A stretch of 64,000 nucleotides of DNA from contig JANJGN010000121.1 of assembly GCA_026770705.1 (NCBI GenBank), positions 248,001-312,000 of the forward strand, given 5' to 3'. The stretch comes from Isurus oxyrinchus. Its lineage: Eukaryota. Shown here piece after piece: positions 59,001-64,000 of the stretch; the first letter of the stretch is position 1, and every line of letters starts with the position of its first letter. The notes beneath the pieces are model-generated. The model saw only the letters and a list, made by a program, of their open reading frames with translations. It searched no databases and was not told where the DNA came from. A program made the translations under genes and the position numbers.

Positions 59001-59975
59001 GATGGATAAGAATGGAGCCAGGGGAGAGCAGTCCCACCCAGCTGGACGACAGTGGAGAGGTGTTGGAGGAGGATGGTGTGGTCGAGCGTGTCAAAGGCTG
59101 CAGACAGATCGAGAAGGACGAGGAGGGAAAGTTGACCTTTGTCACAGTCACACAGGATGCCATTTGTGACCTTGATAAGAGCTGTTTCAGCACAGTGGCT
59201 GGGGTGGGATCCTGATTGGAGGGATTCAAACATGGAGTTCCGGGAAAGATGGGAACGGATTCGGGAGATGGAAACACATTCAAGGACTTTGGAGAGGAAA
59301 GAGAAGCTGGAGATGGGACGGGGGTTTACACGGACAGTGTGAGGGGTGAAAGGTGTAGTGGGGAGGAGATACTTCACTCAGGGGGGAGGTGTCATCACCC
59401 CTCAGCTCGGTTTACATTACAGCTATGATGTGGATTCAATCACACACAATAAGCTCATGGATCTGGGAGCAGAAATAGACAAATCATTAAAAATAGTGAC
59501 GCTGGTTAACACGGCCAAAAAACAAGCAAATCAAACACTATTATTTCCCATTGAGTTTTGGATGTGAATTGTTGAGTAATTATAACACAGCACTTACCAG
59601 AAACCTGAAGCTGGGTTACAGGGGAAACGTTATGGCTCGGACGATTGCCAAATTTTATCGTGAAAAAATAAGGTCCTGCATCTTCCCGTCTGATGTTGTT
59701 TATAATCAGGGAACAGTCGCCATCTTTCAGGTCTCCAGACAGCCGGGTCCGATGGCGGAACCGTGGTAACTCGTGACTGTGTCCCTTGGAGTGAAAGGCT
59801 ATAGACCATTTAGACCATTTGTTCCGTATGTACCTTCTCATTTTCCAGATTCCGACATGTGGTTTCTTTATCAAATCTGATGGATAACTGTAATGACATG
59901 GAATCTGTACACACAAACCTTCCTGCGCTGTCACCTCTCGTGGAGTATCACCTTTCCACTCTTGTGACAATCCAA
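49974..59975 (-). CDS. Gene D (spliced, leader off-window): Siglec-like receptor, V(Arg-less)-V(Arg)-C-C2-TM-tail with three YxN motifs
   Basis: Exons 59598-59975, 56054-56419, 55019-55315, 54026-54307, 52665-52761, 51772-51856, 51156-51260, 49974-50090. With a 40-nt leader they sum to 589 codons in frame. Confidence 0.75.
50188..51022. repeat. 24-bp minisatellite (ggtttgattattgattctgaacgg), about 35 units
   Basis: Fills most of the last intron of gene D. Confidence 0.95.
51156..51260 (-). CDS. Gene D cytoplasmic exon (KRGEGKAGIKSNHRVDEHRSPVYENCERGWALRNQ)
   Basis: ctctattacag acceptor, CAG|gtgagt donor, phase 0-0; paralogous to the terminal exon. Confidence 0.7.
51772..51856 (-). CDS. Gene D candidate 85-nt cytoplasmic exon (GISTGRGHSAEAERVGSSSPGEQSDRSW)
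   Basis: Open reading, phase 2 in and phase 0 out, exactly bridging the TM and YEN exons; same sequence as the putative 5'UTR exon of genes A-C; acceptor is weak. Confidence 0.5.
52145..52355. repeat. About 52-bp purine-rich tandem repeat
   Basis: gagagagaatgagaaggagagcattagtggagata repeated 4 times. Confidence 0.85.
52665..52761 (-). CDS. Gene D transmembrane exon (RDSNEWKAGLLGAGICLSVGLSGFFIFKCVRK)
   Basis: 97 nt with the same boundaries as the A/B TM exon but diverged sequence. Confidence 0.85.
52935..53990 (+). mobile_element. Non-LTR retrotransposon fragments
   Basis: Degenerate ORF2-like peptide (KAEALATMFSQKC..DDPSRPLPEGPSIT..LDTAKAIGP) followed by the same 3' end as 21475-21950. Confidence 0.65.
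54026..54307 (-). CDS. Gene D single C2 exon (same family as the gene A array)
   Basis: 282 nt, phase 1-1. Confidence 0.88.
54435..54900. repeat. 33-bp minisatellite
   Basis: About 14 units; only about 2 units at the paralogous site 10000-10065. Confidence 0.9.
55019..55315 (-). CDS. Gene D Siglec domain-2 C-set exon
   Basis: 297 nt, open, canonical splice sites. Confidence 0.9.
56054..56419 (-). CDS. Gene D proximal V-set exon with the essential Arg (YFFRIE)
   Basis: 366 nt, close paralog of the gene A V exon; extra Cys in YPSCLE. Confidence 0.9.
59598..59975 (-). CDS. Gene D distal V-set exon lacking the essential Arg (YFFTIK)
   Basis: 378 nt, intact, close paralog of 31159-31536. Confidence 0.88.
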
Positions 59976-62081
59976 CTGGGGAGAGAAATATCAATATTTA
60001 ACTCTGGATGTTTTGTTGATCCACTAGACTCGATATCCACCCCCTCCATCACTGGGGCACAGTGGCTGCAGTGTGGACCATCTACAGGACACACAATGAA
60101 CTCCACAAGGTATCACACCAGATGGAAGAGAATCCTGGACACAAAAGCGGAAAAGTTCATTCTACATTGGTTCATGGTCCTCAGGACCCTGTTTGTGCAG
60201 AAGCCTGTTCTCCAACAGAACTGAAGTTGGGGACAATGCATTTGGAATTCCATTGTCCGGGGCATTGGGTTAACTTGCTGATTTTGTTTTAAATCTAACA
60301 TCTATTTTTGGTCTGTTGCCTTAAAGGGAGTGTAACTGGGAGTCAGGTTAATTAGGAATTTTAGGAGTTATGATAGCAGTCTTGTAGTTATGTATGTGCT
60401 TGAAATCCTTTATTTTGATGACAAATATGTTAATTTATTGTTTTAAATCTCTAAAGGTATTGGTGGAGTTATTGCTTCTGAATTCAGTGCACACATCTCA
60501 TAATAAATACAAATTGCAAAATCATTATGACAGTGTGACCAGGTTTCTCTCATGGACTTGGTCTGCCTGGCACACATCACCTGCCAAGTGATAACACTGT
60601 TGTAATATGCCTTTCAGGGATAGCAGCATGACATCACTCGAGGGGAAGTGTGTCATGTGATTTTTAGGAACTGGTGTTCGCTTAAGTAAGTTCTCTGTGT
60701 ATTTGTGTGCGTTAGGCAAAAGGTCTATCTTTAAGTTCAAGTTTAGTTTGTATTTCTATATTTGGGTGTTGAGAAATGGGGGAACTTGAGTTAAAAAGAA
60801 GCCAGCATTCCATTGAGGTTTAATGACTGTTGAAGGGAAGTCAAAACAAATACAAGGTGTAAGAAACTGTGCTGTTGCCCAGCAACAGTGATCCAGAGGG
60901 AGGGACCCACAGAGACACAGAAAAACAGAAAAGTACTTTCAGTTCTGTTGAAAGGAGTTGCCAGGAGAAGCAGCAAAGGATTGGGACAGATAGTCAGTCC
61001 CAAAGTAAAGATGAAGCCAAAACTATCGAGTGGAACAGGAGAAAGGGCCCAAGAAAACCTTCTGGTCAAATCTGGAAAAGGCCCTGTTAAGTGAAGTTAA
61101 GAGTGAGGAGCAGAGGAAGGCTTCAAACATAAAGGGAGAAAGCAGCAGGACACAGGCCTAAAGCAAAATAGGCTTGCGAGAAGCCAGAAGATCCTAGGAG
61201 ACACCACAGGTTGGTGACTCATTACTACGGCCATGTGAAGCCATGGTGTTCCATTGACACGGCTGAGCATTGGAGAGACAGGGCGTGGAAGGAAGGCTGA
61301 ATGCATGTGGAGATCCAGGGGGCAGGAACATGGGAAGGAGAGTTTGAAATAGTGAAAGTGGACCTTTGTGGAAGGTGTCTGAGTGAAAGTGTCATGTTGG
61401 AGAAGATTCCAAAGTGAGTTCTTGGAGAGTGGAGATTGGAAACCCTCATATGAAAGAAGCTTTTCAGTGAGACTGGTTGGCTCACAGTGCAACAAGCGTC
61501 TGGGGACAGATGAGACATAGAATTTGTTTCAAGTGGGCTCTGCCACTTGCTTTCAGAATGTTGTGTCCCTGACCACAGGTCGTCTATTGGTTTACACGGA
61601 CTGTGTACTTAGTGTGAACATGAGAATATAAGATAGTTATCGTAACTTGTGTTCTACTTATGAATCTGCAAAGGTATAGATCTGGGTGAATGAGTAATGT
61701 CATATAGTTTGTCTTTCCTAGTTTAATAAATGTTTTATTCTTTTGTTAGAAGTTCATCAGATGACTCCTGTGACTCTGTTCAGTAGCCGCACTCCACATT
61801 CCTAAATAAAAAATAAAAGTTAGGACCTATCAAGCTGAGCTCCACCCTGGGATCTGACTTGCCCAGTAGTAACATCAGCTGGGATGATAACACCATCCAG
61901 TCCAAGTTTCACTTTGGCCTGTGAGCAGAACACAGCTCACACAGTTTGGCTGCAGGTGTCTCCCAGCTTTCTATCCTTGTATATCTGTTCTCATGTCCCT
62001 ATTCCAAATAAATGAACCCACAATGTATTTACCCAATTCCGTATCAGTGGCTGGTGCCTTTATATCATTATAAAAACACAA

Positions 62082-63865
62082 CATGGTGATCAGCGGTGGC
62101 CAAACATTCTGGCAGCAAGATTCAGTACAGGTATGACGTGGTGAACAGCCTTAGATCGAGCTACATGACATGAGACGATCCTCGATGCTTTGGTCAGACC
62201 ACAACAGAGACACAGCATCAGAGAGGGTTGAAATCGCAGTGTACTGACTGCTCAGGAAACCTTTGAAGACACAGTGACGGGAAAGAGCTCAAGTAAAGAG
62301 CTGGGGAGCAGACGGATCCCTCGTGGTGAGATTACAGCACACAGCCTGTAGGTCAGTGAGTGGGACAGTGTGTATCGCCAGGACCAGCAGCGGGTTAGCT
62401 CAGTCAGGGAAGGTGAGTGACCAGAGTGTGGGCTGGATCGATAGTGAGCAAGGGAGAGTCAAACACATAAAAACCATTATAAAAATCAGGCCAGAGAAGT
62501 TAGTGATTATAACGGGCAGCTTTGAGATTGATGAACAGCAAATTGAATAAAAAGCAAAGACTCCATTACTCCGTGGTGTGTTCCTGCCACAACCCGTCTC
62601 CGTGGGCGGAGCTTCGGAAAAGCGCACGAAAGGGGCTAAAGCGACACTCATCCCAGGTCCTGTAGGAGAAGGAAGGTCAAAGGAATATTGTCAGAATGTC
62701 CACAAAATTCCCCAGTTTGAACTGGGATGTAGCTGACCGACTATCTGAATTCAGAATGTTTAAACAGCGTACAGAGCTCTGGTTTCCTGATTCAGGTGTG
62801 ACTGAACCAGACGAACAAGCCATAAAAATTCACCTCGCGATTGGGAATGAAGGTCTACACAGGCTGAACACATCAGGATTAACAGCAGAAGAGTGAAAGG
62901 ATCCCCAATAGATATGGACGATATTGGAAGACAGGTTCAGATTCAGGTGAAACTCCATATTCATCAACTAGAGTTTATGTCATTTCATCAGCCTACACAA
63001 TCCATAGACCACTTCATCAGCCGACGTAGAGAAAAGGGTACGCACTGTGATTTCAAACACAGAGTCTGCAGACAGAGTTGTTGAGTTGGTGATCACATCC
63101 ACTCCCATGGAAGCCTTCCAGAAAGATCTGCTAGATAAGACCAAAATCTATAGCATTGAAGAGTTACTCTAGGATGGACATAAATACGAAGTGATCCTCG
63201 CAGGTCAACGAAGCTTACAGGTCCTCAGTACAACATCAATTGTTGACACACTCACTAGAACATCCAAACCTAGTGAGACGTGTGGAAGGTGTGGCCTTCT
63301 GCAGGCACCAATGAAATGCCCAGCTTTCCACCAATCCTGCAAGGCTTGTGGCAGAAAGGGCCATTGACAGCGGCAGGGCACTAGAGCAAAGGCTGATGCA
63401 GCTACAAAGAGCCGTGCGCTGATCCAAACAAACCCTGCACAACGGGGTAACTTCAAGCAATAAGAATGACCATCCGCTATCCCATCAGGAACATATACAT
63501 GTGGTGACTGACAAACCAGGAAATGGCGATGATGTACACGACGAGACTAGGAGCGGTGATCGATATTCCACCTCTCACACATATCCTGACGTGGCTTGCC
63601 AATAAATTGTGGATTGTGGTCTTTATTGATCTCTCTGGGCACATCAAATTAACTGAAAATGTTCCCATAGGGGTGGGATTTTCTGGCCCCACCCACTTCC
63701 AAGATTGTCCGGTCCGGCTGAAAGCCAATGGATTTATGTCTGTCCCAGTCTCAGAAACTATCCCATAAACTCAGTTCATGACATAACATTGAAATATGCA
63801 GAAAGATTCAACAATATTGGCAGGTTCAAGGGAGCTGCAACATTACACCTGCAGGAGAATGCAAG
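62082..63865 (+). mobile_element. Degenerate Gypsy-type LTR retrotransposon (duplicate of the element starting at 33644)
   Basis: Same gag fragments; continues into probable pol remnants. Confidence 0.7.
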
Positions 63866-64000
63866 TCTTAAAGACTCCTTGCATTAAAATTAATACAATC
63901 CAACTTTGCTACGCTATCTTGAGCCTTAAATGGCCAATAATTTCTATGCCTTCCAGGTTCATTTGCTCTCTTCTAATTTTGGCTGTGCATCTCTCTCTGT

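Noticed and set aside
469-59975. Assigning gene symbols such as MAG, CD22, SIGLEC1 or CD33
   Set aside because: Domain-level similarity is clear, but the architectures and tails match none of them one-to-one; orthology needs phylogeny and synteny

Overview
Vertebrate genomic DNA, most likely from a cartilaginous fish, judged from the shark-type 33-bp minisatellites and the CR1, L2, Penelope and RTE relics (inference). The window holds a tandem cluster of four minus-strand, intron-containing Siglec-family genes resembling CD33-related Siglecs and MAG. I rebuilt them by hand from splice sites and exon phases. Gene A (469-15694, 3' end off the left edge): leader, V-set domain with the sialic-acid-binding Arg, C-set, then seven near-identical C2 exons interleaved with 48-nt linker exons, TM, and a tail exon with TNYIAL. 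Gene B (19658-37354, complete, about 478 aa): Arg-less V, a dead second V exon, C-set, MAG-domain-5-like C2, TM, and a tail with a broken ITIM (LLYANP) and an ITSM-like TEYAQI. Gene C (40939-47798): activating type, with Arg inside the TM and a short Tyr-free tail; its V exon is deleted and its C2 exon truncated. Gene D (49974-59975, leader off the right edge): two intact V exons (Arg-less, then Arg-containing), C-set, C2, a different TM, and a tail with three YxN motifs ending in SVYGNL. The genes are mosaics of shared ectodomain modules joined to three different signalling modules, which looks like a rapidly shuffling paired-receptor locus. Introns are full of retroelement fragments and minisatellites. 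There are two assembly gaps, one inside the C2 array. All gene models are inferred from sequence alone, without transcript support.
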